From contig CALWID010000001.1 of assembly GCA_944380635.1 (NCBI GenBank), forward strand, positions 88,374 through 152,373: 64,000 bases of DNA, read 5' to 3'. How positions within the stretch are numbered: position 1 is the first letter of the stretch; the number at the start of each line of letters is the position of its first letter. Under the pieces are notes generated by a model. That model made no database searches and was not told where the DNA came from. It saw only the letters and a program-made list of their open reading frames with translations. Shown here piece by piece: positions 19,309 through 27,854 of the stretch. The DNA comes from an uncultured Eubacterium sp. GTDB taxonomy: Bacteria > Bacillota > Clostridia > Oscillospirales > Acutalibacteraceae. The translations under genes and the position numbers were made by a program.

Positions 19309-19338
19309 ATTATACCACATTGTCTGCAACGCGGTCAA
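19309..19338 (-). promoter_or_regulatory. Promoter of the five-gene operon
   Basis: TTGACC (19338-19333), 18-nt spacer, TATAAT (19314-19309) preceded by TG (extended -10). Confidence 0.7.
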
Positions 19339-19431
19339 TTACAAAGAGTTACAAAATTAAAATTATCTTTTAGTTATATTTAATAAAGTATAAAACAAAT
19401 AGTATAAAATCGCCCTGCGGCGGCGCAAGTC

Positions 19432-20400
19432 TTAAACGCCCTGTTTTTCAAAGGGATAAACAAGACCGATTTGGCGGCGGCACTCATCCATAATGAGCAT
19501 ACAGTTCCTTGTTGCCTCAAACGGAATATACGCTGATTCTTTTCTGCCCTCTTTTATTTCCAGAGCGGCGCGGGTAAATTCCGTAAGATAATCTGTTTTG
19601 CCCTTAAACACCTGCCTGCCGTTTTCATTTTTAAGGACGGCTTTTGACGCCATATGAAAGAATGCCGGCAGACTTACCGTTCCTTTTTCTCCTTTGATAA
19701 GGCAGTTTTCCTTAAGCGTGCAGAGAGACATATGCAAAACGCAGTTGAATTTTTCATACTTCAAAGTAACTGTTTCGCTGATGTCAATACCGTTTTTAAG
19801 CCTGCCGCGGCATATTATTTCTTTTGGAAAGCCAAAAAGGTTATAACAGTAAGTAATGGGATAAATACCAATATCTAACAGCGCGCCGCCCGCCGTTTCA
19901 GGCATCAGCACGCGAGAATCTTTCGGCATCATTATCCCGGGAAAAGCATAATTTATGACAACTTCCTTTACTGCGCCTATTTCTCCGCCCTGCACCCATT
20001 TTTTAACGGTGAGGGCAACATCTGAAAACCAAGTCCACATAGCCTCGCAGAAATAAACATTTTCCTCTTTTGCGGTATTCACCAAGGCGTCAACATCGCT
20101 GACGCTTACGCCGACCGGCTTTTCACACAAAACGGGTTTTGAAAATTTCATTGCCCTTACGGCGTAATCAACATGTGAAGTATGCGGCGTTGCAATATAA
20201 ACGCCGTCCACATCCGTTCTGTTTACTGCGCTTTCAAAATCAATAAAACTTTGCGCGCCGTATTTTTGCGCAAAAGCGGCAGTTTTTTGGGGATTTCTGC
20301 CGAAAACCGAAACAATTTTATGATTGCCGCGAAGAATATCGCGGGCTGTTGAATTAGCGATATTTCCGCTGCCTATATACGCCCATCTGAATTTTTCCAT
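19432..20400 (-). CDS. Gfo/Idh/MocA-family oxidoreductase
   Basis: IGSGNIA Rossmann motif, YIATPHTSH, VLCEKP and GGALLDIGIYP. Start placed at MEKF (20400). Confidence 0.92.
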   Translation of the reverse strand: MEKFRWAYIGSGNIANSTARDILRGNHKIVSVFGRNPQKTAAFAQKYGAQSFIDFESAVNRTDVDGVYIATPHTSHVDYAVRAMKFSKPVLCEKPVGVSVSDVDALVNTAKEENVYFCEAMWTWFSDVALTVKKWVQGGEIGAVKEVVINYAFPGIMMPKDSRVLMPETAGGALLDIGIYPITYCYNLFGFPKEIICRGRLKNGIDISETVTLKYEKFNCVLHMSLCTLKENCLIKGEKGTVSLPAFFHMASKAVLKNENGRQVFKGKTDYLTEFTRAALEIKEGRKESAYIPFEATRNCMLIMDECRRQIGLVYPFEKQGV

Positions 20401-20610
20401 AATAATCACCATAGCCTTTCAGGCTGCAAAAAAATAAATTAAAATTATTAACGCCCACAACAGTTTATCTAAAAACATCAGCAGGATTTTTTTAATTTCA
20501 TTATAAAGCAAAACGCGCGCCGTATCAACAAAAAAGAAAAAGGGAGCGGCAAAAAAGCCTGCTCCCCATTGAGTAGCCTGATAAAATCAAACAAACAGTT
20601 TAATCTGACA

Positions 20611-21624
20611 TTAAACCAGAAAACCTACTTTTTTCATAACCTTGCCGAGCGTGCGTGAAGAAATGCGAAGCGCTTTTTCAGCGCCTTTCTGCTGACATTC
20701 CTTAAGATACTGTTTATCATTAAGAAATTCATTATACTTTTTCTGCACGGGCTCAAGTTCGGCAACAACTGCCTCGCCTACCGCCTTTTTGAAATCGCCG
20801 TAGCCTTTGCCGGCAAAATCGGACTCTATCTTTTCAAGGCTATCCCCCGTAACGGCTGAATAAATCGTCATAAGATTATTAATGCCGTCCTTGCCCTGCG
20901 CAAAGCGCACGCACATATCGCTGTCCGTAACGGCGGACTTAAACTTTTTCATAATTGTTTCAGGGGGGTCGGTAAGATAAATAGTGCCTTTTGGATTCGG
21001 GTCGGACTTACTCATTTTGCGTGTAGGATCCTGAAGGCTCATTACCCTTGCGGCGCCGGTTTTCGGTATATACGCCTTCGGAACAGTGAACACATTACCG
21101 TAAATGCCGTTAAAGCGTTCCGCAATATCACGGGTTATCTCAAGATGCTGTTTTTGGTCTGCCCCGACAGGGACTATATCCGCCTGATAGAGCAGAATAT
21201 CGGCAGCCATAAGGCAGGGATATGTAAACAGGCCCGCATTTACATTATCTTTATGCTGAGCGGCTTTATCCTTAAACTGAGTCATTCTTGAAAGTTCGCC
21301 GAACTGGGTGTAGCAATTCAGTATCCAGCCGAGTTGAGCATGGGTTGGAACCTGCGACTGAATAAACACAATGCCCTTATCCGGGTCAAGACCGAGAGCA
21401 AGGAGCATAGCGAAAAGTTCATTAGTCTGCTTTCTGAGTTTCTGCGGGTCCTGCCTTACGGTGATTGAATGTAAATCCGCAACGCCGTAAACAGTATCAA
21501 ACTCCTGCTGAAAATCCGCCCAGCCGCGCATTGCGCCCAGGTAATTTCCCAAAGTAGGAACAGAAGTAGGCTGAATCAGCGACAGACTTCTTTTTCTTTT
21601 TTCCGCAATTTGTTGTTCTGCCAT
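20611..21624 (-). CDS. trpS: Tryptophan--tRNA ligase
   Basis: TLGNYLGA (HIGH-like), YPCLMAADIL, VPVGADQKQH and KMSKS motifs. Confidence 0.97.
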   Translation of the reverse strand: MAEQQIAEKRKRSLSLIQPTSVPTLGNYLGAMRGWADFQQEFDTVYGVADLHSITVRQDPQKLRKQTNELFAMLLALGLDPDKGIVFIQSQVPTHAQLGWILNCYTQFGELSRMTQFKDKAAQHKDNVNAGLFTYPCLMAADILLYQADIVPVGADQKQHLEITRDIAERFNGIYGNVFTVPKAYIPKTGAARVMSLQDPTRKMSKSDPNPKGTIYLTDPPETIMKKFKSAVTDSDMCVRFAQGKDGINNLMTIYSAVTGDSLEKIESDFAGKGYGDFKKAVGEAVVAELEPVQKKYNEFLNDKQYLKECQQKGAEKALRISSRTLGKVMKKVGFLV

Positions 21625-21682
21625 AATTATCCGTCCTTTTTATTAATTTTCCTATGAATAGTTTTATCAGTTATTTATTATA

Positions 21683-22873
21683 TTACTTTTTAAAGTTTTC
21701 CGCAACTTCGCCCATTATTTTAACGCCCTTAACAATATCATCATCGCTCGGAGTTGAAAAATTAAGGCGAATATAACTGCACGGCGCGGTATCATCCGTC
21801 ATAAACGCGCTGCCCGGCACAACGGCAACCTTTCTTTCCAGAAGAGCGTTTACATATTTAAGCATATCAACATCATCCGGCAGTTTTGCCCAAATGAACA
21901 GACCGCCCTGAGGACGCACATAAGTGATAAAACCGGCGCAGTATTTATCAAGGCAGTCGCACATAAGATTAAGTTTGCGCCTGTAAATTTTTCTTATATT
22001 TTCTATATGGGCGTCAACATCATACTCATCAAACCAGCGTGAAACTATCATTTGATTGAGCACGCCGGTATGCACATCGGACACCTGCTTGCCGATTGTG
22101 AACGCGCCCGCCGCTTTCCCCGGAACAACGGCATATGCAACTCTTATGCCGGGGGCAAGTATTTTTGAGAATGAACCGGCGTAAAAAACAATACCCTGCG
22201 TATCCAGGCTTTTTATGGCGGGAACATCCTGACCCGCAACGCGAAGATTGCCGTATGGATTATCCTCCAAAATAGCAAGATTGTTTTGGAGCGCAAGACT
22301 ATACATTTTTTTGCGCTTTTCAAGGCTCATCGTTGTGCCGCCGGGATTTTGGAAATTAGGTATTGTATAAATAAATTTGGCGTTTGGATTTTCCTTTATA
22401 ACCCTTTCAAGGGCATCCATATTCATGCCGTCCTCATCAATGGGCACGCCGGCAAGTTTGCAGCCGTGGGAGCGGAAACAATTTAACGAGCCTATAAAAG
22501 ACGGCTCTTCGCAAATTACGGTATCGCCCTCTGAAGCAAGCACGCGGGTTGTTATATCCATAACCTGTGTTCCGCCTGCCGTGATGATTACAACATCATC
22601 GTCAGTGCCAACATTTTCACGCCTTTTAAGCCACTTTTTAACTGTTTCACGCAGCGGCTCATACCCCTCGGAAACTCCGTAAACAAGCGCCGAAACGGGA
22701 TTTTCGCCAAGAATCTCGGCAGTTATTTTTTTAACCTCCTCGCACGGGAAAGCGGCTGTATCGGGTGAGCCGCCGGCAAACGCTATCATACCCGGCTCAT
22801 TTGTAACCTTAAGTATTTCCCTTACTGCGGAGGGTTTTAAACTTGCAAATTTTGATGATAAACTATAACTCAT
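21683..22873 (-). CDS. Class I/II PLP aminotransferase (LysN/AroAT-like, no HTH)
   Basis: FAGGSPD, IYTIPNFQNPGG, ILEDNPY and GSFSKILAPGIR motifs. Confidence 0.9.
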   Translation of the reverse strand: MSYSLSSKFASLKPSAVREILKVTNEPGMIAFAGGSPDTAAFPCEEVKKITAEILGENPVSALVYGVSEGYEPLRETVKKWLKRRENVGTDDDVVIITAGGTQVMDITTRVLASEGDTVICEEPSFIGSLNCFRSHGCKLAGVPIDEDGMNMDALERVIKENPNAKFIYTIPNFQNPGGTTMSLEKRKKMYSLALQNNLAILEDNPYGNLRVAGQDVPAIKSLDTQGIVFYAGSFSKILAPGIRVAYAVVPGKAAGAFTIGKQVSDVHTGVLNQMIVSRWFDEYDVDAHIENIRKIYRRKLNLMCDCLDKYCAGFITYVRPQGGLFIWAKLPDDVDMLKYVNALLERKVAVVPGSAFMTDDTAPCSYIRLNFSTPSDDDIVKGVKIMGEVAENFKK

Positions 22874-22879
22874 TTTTCC

Positions 22880-24001
22880 TCACTTCAAAATTTCATAAAC
22901 AAATCTTTCACACGCTTTGCCGTCGCACAGCGAAACGAATCTTTTTTTGAAATCCTCAAGTTTTTCATTGCCGCGGCGCGCCCTTAAAACAGCGGGCGCA
23001 AGGCTTTCAAAATCTGACACAACCTCGCCGCACGAATAATCGGCATAATCGTAATAAAATCCCCTGCCGCCGTCATACTCGCTGAGGTCAGGAGCGTACA
23101 GCACGGCGGGGTTGCCGATAACGGCGTTTTCAAATATTACGGATGAATAATCCGTAACAAGAACATCTGTTATAAACAGAATATCATTTATTTCCCTTTC
23201 ATCAGAAAAATCAAAAACACGGCTTTTGATATTATCTGAAACGGGCAGTTTTTCCTTTATAAAAGGGTGCATTTTGATTATGAGCGCCCAATTTTCCGGC
23301 AGTGCGTTTATAAAATCTTCAGCATTAAAAAATTCAGCCGGATAATAGGCGTTATGCACATTTTCACCACGGAATGTAGGGGCGAAAAGGCATATTTTTT
23401 TGCCCTTAAGGCGCGGCTCTTTTTTATAAAGCCGTTCCTTTGCGCAGGATATATGGGCACGGTCAAAAAAACAGTCCGTTCGCGGAGAGCCGATTGCTTT
23501 AACACGGCTTTCGTCTATTCCGAACGCCTGGGCGTAAACAGGCACAATTTGCGGCGAGGAAACGATGGCGTCAGTATAATTCCTGTGTGTTATGGAATTC
23601 TTTTCTGCAGTTTTCCTGCCGTATCCAAACCGCTTAAAAGCGCCCATAGCATGCCATACCTGAACAAGCCTTTGCCCCTGCCGCAGGCGCAGAACATACA
23701 CGAGCGGCTCATAATCATCAACCAAAATGAATTTGCTTTGCGCCATTTCGGCGGCAAGTTCGTTTTGGGGCATAGGCTCAACGGAAGTTACGGCTTTTAT
23801 CTCATAATCAAGATTATTATTTTCTATATAATTTTTAATTGCAAGCAGGTTCCCGCCGAGTTTTCCCTTTGAAGATGAATACATAAGTATTTTTTTATCA
23901 TTCATAGGAAGTTTTTTAGCCTTTTCAAATTTGGCGGCAAAACCCGCGTATCTTGCCCTTTGCAGAACAGGATACAACAGCGATTTAATTTTGCTCATCA
24001 T
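22880..24001 (-). CDS. CDP-glycerol/ribitol glycerophosphotransferase family (TagB/TagF-like)
   Basis: QVWHAMGAFKRFG, LFAPTFRG, KMHP, LVTDYSSVIFE and DGKACER motifs. Confidence 0.9.
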   Translation of the reverse strand: MMSKIKSLLYPVLQRARYAGFAAKFEKAKKLPMNDKKILMYSSSKGKLGGNLLAIKNYIENNNLDYEIKAVTSVEPMPQNELAAEMAQSKFILVDDYEPLVYVLRLRQGQRLVQVWHAMGAFKRFGYGRKTAEKNSITHRNYTDAIVSSPQIVPVYAQAFGIDESRVKAIGSPRTDCFFDRAHISCAKERLYKKEPRLKGKKICLFAPTFRGENVHNAYYPAEFFNAEDFINALPENWALIIKMHPFIKEKLPVSDNIKSRVFDFSDEREINDILFITDVLVTDYSSVIFENAVIGNPAVLYAPDLSEYDGGRGFYYDYADYSCGEVVSDFESLAPAVLRARRGNEKLEDFKKRFVSLCDGKACERFVYEILK

Positions 24002-25310
24002 CTGTTTCTTCTTCGCTCACGGCAGTCTGTGGATTTTCGGCTGAATCATCGGCTGACCCGTCAGCCGTATCATTATCATCAGCAGCGCTTTCGGGCTCTT
24101 TTTCCGGCTGAACATCATCTGAAATAACGCCGTAATTATAACGCCCGTCATAAACACCGCGGGCGAGTTCGTCAATCAGTTTGCCGTATTCGGCGGTTAT
24201 GGAATCAAAGCGCTTATTTACATATGCCTTTTTAAACTTCTCTTCCTTTTCCCTGCCGGCACGCATTGAGCACGCGATAAATTCGCATATACCTTTTGCG
24301 TTCTTTGAATAAAGAGCGGGAAGTTCCGTCCAAAAATCAATATAAAATCCGCGCTCGTCTATATATTTATCGCTGTCAAAACAATAAATATAAATAGGCA
24401 AGTCTTTTAAAAGCGCCTCATATATAACGGAACTGTAATCCGTTACAACAAAATCCGCCGCGCACATAAAATCCATTGCGGTAAAATTTTCGCCCTCAGT
24501 CATATTCATACGCGAATCGGTATAAATCTGCTCTTTATTGGAATCCACAACATGATGCTTTACAATAAGGTTAAAATCAGAATAATTAACTTTATTTACA
24601 AGGTCCTCAGTTGCTTTTACAAGAGCCGCCTTATCCTCTTCAGTATCACGGAATGTTGGGGCATAAAGAATATTTTTGCGCCCGTTATCAAGCCCCGGAT
24701 ATTTGCGCAGAATATTGCCGCGCACCCTTGCGCTTTCCTCTTTATCCGTAAGATAATCCATACGGGGAATACCTATCGGAATAAACCTGCTTTCCGGCTG
24801 GCCGAAAGCCTGGGAAAAAAACGGCACGCACTCATCGCCGCTGGCAGCGATAAGGCTGTAATTTTTATGCATTTTAAACGCCTTGGCAGTCTTTGAGGAT
24901 TTGCCGCCCTCTTTATCAAGAACAGACCTTCCGAATTTTTTAAAAGCGCCGAGAGCATGCCAAATCTGAATAATTTTGAGTTCTTTTTTATGCTTTAGCA
25001 TTGACGCAAGAATGCAATATCCGTCAAGCACAACAACCTTTGAAGTTGCAAATGCTTTCATCTGGCGAAACATCTCGCCAAGATACTTAACTTTTCCGCT
25101 GAAAGAATCAGGTATCATTTTACACAGCACAACAACTTTATACTGCGGATAATTTGTTTTTATCTCATTTATAAGATAGCGGAAATCTATTGACGGCGTT
25201 TCGCTCTGGCGGGATATGAACGCGATTTTATCTTCCGTTTTGCGGTGCTTATAAAAGGAATAGAAAAATCCCATTACAGCGCCAAAAATTTTTGCAAAAA
25301 CACCTATCAC
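23985..25310 (-). CDS. CDP-glycerol/ribitol glycerophosphotransferase family with acidic C-terminal tail
   Basis: QIWHALGAFKKFG, LYAPTFRD and VVTDYSSVIYE motifs; about 45-aa D/E-rich tail. Confidence 0.88.
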   Translation of the reverse strand: MIGVFAKIFGAVMGFFYSFYKHRKTEDKIAFISRQSETPSIDFRYLINEIKTNYPQYKVVVLCKMIPDSFSGKVKYLGEMFRQMKAFATSKVVVLDGYCILASMLKHKKELKIIQIWHALGAFKKFGRSVLDKEGGKSSKTAKAFKMHKNYSLIAASGDECVPFFSQAFGQPESRFIPIGIPRMDYLTDKEESARVRGNILRKYPGLDNGRKNILYAPTFRDTEEDKAALVKATEDLVNKVNYSDFNLIVKHHVVDSNKEQIYTDSRMNMTEGENFTAMDFMCAADFVVTDYSSVIYEALLKDLPIYIYCFDSDKYIDERGFYIDFWTELPALYSKNAKGICEFIACSMRAGREKEEKFKKAYVNKRFDSITAEYGKLIDELARGVYDGRYNYGVISDDVQPEKEPESAADDNDTADGSADDSAENPQTAVSEEETDDEQN

Positions 25311-25335
25311 TTTTACACTTCCCGAAAATTATTTA

Positions 25336-26589
25336 TTATTCATAAAGCGGATATTTTGCGCAAATATCGGCAACGCCGCTTCTGATATAATCCTTTTTAT
25401 TGTCAAAATCAGTAATCGCAAGATAAATATACTCTGCGATTTTTTCAAAATCTTCTTTCTGAAGCCCTCTTGTTGTTGCGGCGGGAGTGCCTATGCGCAC
25501 ACCTGATGTAACAAACGGTGAAAGCGGCTCGTTAGGAACGGTATTTTTATTCAGCGTGATATGAACTTCATCAAGTCTTGCCTCAAGTTCCTTGCCCGTA
25601 ACGCCCGTTCCGATAAGAGAAAGCAGGATAAGGTGATTATCCGTTCCGCCGGAAACAAGATTCAGACCTTTTGCAATAAGAGCGTCTGCCAGCGCCTTGG
25701 CATTTTCAATAATCTTTTTTTGATAATCCTTAAATTCAGGTTTAAGCGCCTCGCCGAAACAAACAGCCTTGCCGGCGATAACATGCATAAGCGGGCCGCC
25801 CTGAGTGCCGGGGAATACAGCCGAATTGAGTTTTTTAATAAGATAAGGATTATTGCAAAGAATAAGTCCGCCCCTTGGGCCTCTTAAAGTTTTATGAGTA
25901 GTTGTTGTAACAACATCGGCATACGGCACCGGATTTTGATGAAGCCCTGCCGCAACAAGACCGGCGATATGCGCCATATCAACCATAAACATAGCGCCGT
26001 TTGCGTGGGCAATCTCACCCATAGTTTTAAAATCTATGGCGCGGGGATAAGCGGACGCGCCGGCAACTATAAGTTTTGGCTTAACTTTATTTACCTGCTT
26101 TGCAAAAGCGTCCAAATCAATAAATCCATCGTCATTTACACCGTAAGGAACGAAATTAAAATATTTTCCGCTGATATTAGCCGGTGAACCGTGGGTTAAA
26201 TGGCCGCCGTTATCAAGGCTCATACCCATAACGGTATCGCCCGGTTTAAGCAGGGCAAGATATACGGCTGTGTTTGCCTGAGCGCCCGAATGCGCCTGAA
26301 CATTTGCGTAGCCTGCGCCGAAAAGTTCACATGCTCTTTTTATTGCGATATTTTCAACAATATCAACATACTGGCAGCCGCCGTAGTAACGCTTGCCGGG
26401 CAGACCCTCGGCATACTTATTGGTGAGTACGCTGCCCATTGCCGCCATTACCTGCGGCGAAACAAGGTTCTCAGAGGCAATAAGTTCAATATTTTCCCTC
26501 TGGCGCTGAAGTTCAAGCTGCATAGCGTTTGCAACTTCAGGGTCTGTTTCGGCAACCTTTGCTATTGAATCATAGTAATCGGAATACAT
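25336..26589 (-). CDS. glyA: Serine hydroxymethyltransferase
   Basis: [20 protein letters not shown] and [14 protein letters not shown] motifs. Confidence 0.98.
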   Translation of the reverse strand: MYSDYYDSIAKVAETDPEVANAMQLELQRQRENIELIASENLVSPQVMAAMGSVLTNKYAEGLPGKRYYGGCQYVDIVENIAIKRACELFGAGYANVQAHSGAQANTAVYLALLKPGDTVMGMSLDNGGHLTHGSPANISGKYFNFVPYGVNDDGFIDLDAFAKQVNKVKPKLIVAGASAYPRAIDFKTMGEIAHANGAMFMVDMAHIAGLVAAGLHQNPVPYADVVTTTTHKTLRGPRGGLILCNNPYLIKKLNSAVFPGTQGGPLMHVIAGKAVCFGEALKPEFKDYQKKIIENAKALADALIAKGLNLVSGGTDNHLILLSLIGTGVTGKELEARLDEVHITLNKNTVPNEPLSPFVTSGVRIGTPAATTRGLQKEDFEKIAEYIYLAITDFDNKKDYIRSGVADICAKYPLYE

Positions 26590-26749
26590 AATTTAATTTC
26601 TCCTTTAGTAAAAATTATACATTGATATAATAACATAATAAGTATAAATATACAACAACGATTTTGTTAAAAAACATTATAAAAAAACAGCGTTGTTTTA
26701 TGAACAGCGCCGCAAAATTATTCTTTTCGCCTTAATAAAAATAAAGATT

Positions 26750-27685
26750 TTATTCGTTTTCGTCAGGCGGGGCGGGGGTATCGTCGGCAGAGGCGGATTT
26801 TGATTTAACAGCGTGGCGAATGATAAAGCCGACGCCCGTTACGGCGAAAATTCCTGCAAGGACGAACATTGCTTTTGCCTGCGGCGAATAACTCACTTCT
26901 TTTTCTACAGGGACGGACAATACAGAGCCGTCCTCCGCACCGTTGGCACCGTCGTCGCTTTGTGATTGCAAATCGCTTTGCGTTGCGGAACTTTCTGAAT
27001 CTCCTGCGCTGTCCGCACGGAATTTTGTTGTGTTTTCACTGATTGCAGAGTAAGAATTGCCGCCGGAGTAGGTGAATTTAGTTGTGCTTTCCGCGGCGGC
27101 TTTTTCCTTTGCGCTCCCGTTTGAAGTCTGATTCTCCGCTTGTGATGTTGTTTCGCTTTTCGGCGGCTCCACCTGCGCTATGTAGTAATTTTTATCGTTG
27201 ACCGCAACCTGAATGACTGCTTTGTTTTGAGCATTCTTATCCTCTTTATCACTGAATTCAAGCATAAAATATATGTCCTGCCCAAACTGCGTGGCGTCTG
27301 AAAAATATTTTGTTACCCCGCAGGGCAGGTTATCGGAACTGTTCGCCGTAAATTTTACTGAATAACTTCTGTTTTCGTTTGAAATATCAACCGATACGGC
27401 GGTATTTTTTATTTGCGAAACACCGCTGAGCGAGTAACTTATGTGGCAGTATAACTGATTTTGGGCATAAAAAAAGCGCAGATAGCCGCCGAGTTCATCG
27501 CTTTGCACCTGCGCTGTTTCGTATTCGTTTTTGTTGAACCATTGTTCGCACTGTTCGGCGATTGATGAATCTGCCGCGGCGGCGGAATGTGCCGCGAAAA
27601 TAAGAGCCAGCCCCGCAATCATTGCGAAAATTTGTGAGAATACTGCCCTTATCCGCATCCTAACTCCCCCTGCAACGAAATTCAT
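26750..27685 (-). CDS. Hypothetical secreted, membrane-anchored protein
   Basis: Signal peptide (...AAHSAAA/ADS), beta-rich domain, Ser/Thr/Ala-rich linker and C-terminal TM helix (AMFVLAGIFAVTGVGFII). Confidence 0.7.
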   Translation of the reverse strand: MNFVAGGVRMRIRAVFSQIFAMIAGLALIFAAHSAAAADSSIAEQCEQWFNKNEYETAQVQSDELGGYLRFFYAQNQLYCHISYSLSGVSQIKNTAVSVDISNENRSYSVKFTANSSDNLPCGVTKYFSDATQFGQDIYFMLEFSDKEDKNAQNKAVIQVAVNDKNYYIAQVEPPKSETTSQAENQTSNGSAKEKAAAESTTKFTYSGGNSYSAISENTTKFRADSAGDSESSATQSDLQSQSDDGANGAEDGSVLSVPVEKEVSYSPQAKAMFVLAGIFAVTGVGFIIRHAVKSKSASADDTPAPPDENE

Positions 27686-27813
27686 TAAAACATGATAGTA
27701 TTTTACAAATTATTTCCTCAAAAGTCAATCTTTTGCCAAAAATTTTTTATTTTTTTATTGTTTAAACTAAAATTTGTTTCCGCCTTTTACTGCTCGGCGG
27801 CGGACTAAACGGA

Positions 27814-27847
27814 AAACGGCGGCACGCATTTTTGCGTGCTGCCGTTT
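27814..27847 (-). terminator. Terminator hairpin after the DUF5054-like gene
   Basis: Stem AAACGGCGGCACGCA/TGCGTGCTGCCGTTT. Confidence 0.75.
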
Positions 27848-27854
27848 ATAAATT

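Noticed and set aside
21624-21683. T-box leader upstream of trpS
   Set aside because: Only 58 bp separate trpS from the upstream gene, too short for a T-box, and no T-box motif is visible.
26590-26749. ZTP (pfl) riboswitch upstream of glyA
   Set aside because: The region is very AT-rich, holding only a terminator of the upstream gene and promoter-like sequence; no structured leader was seen.
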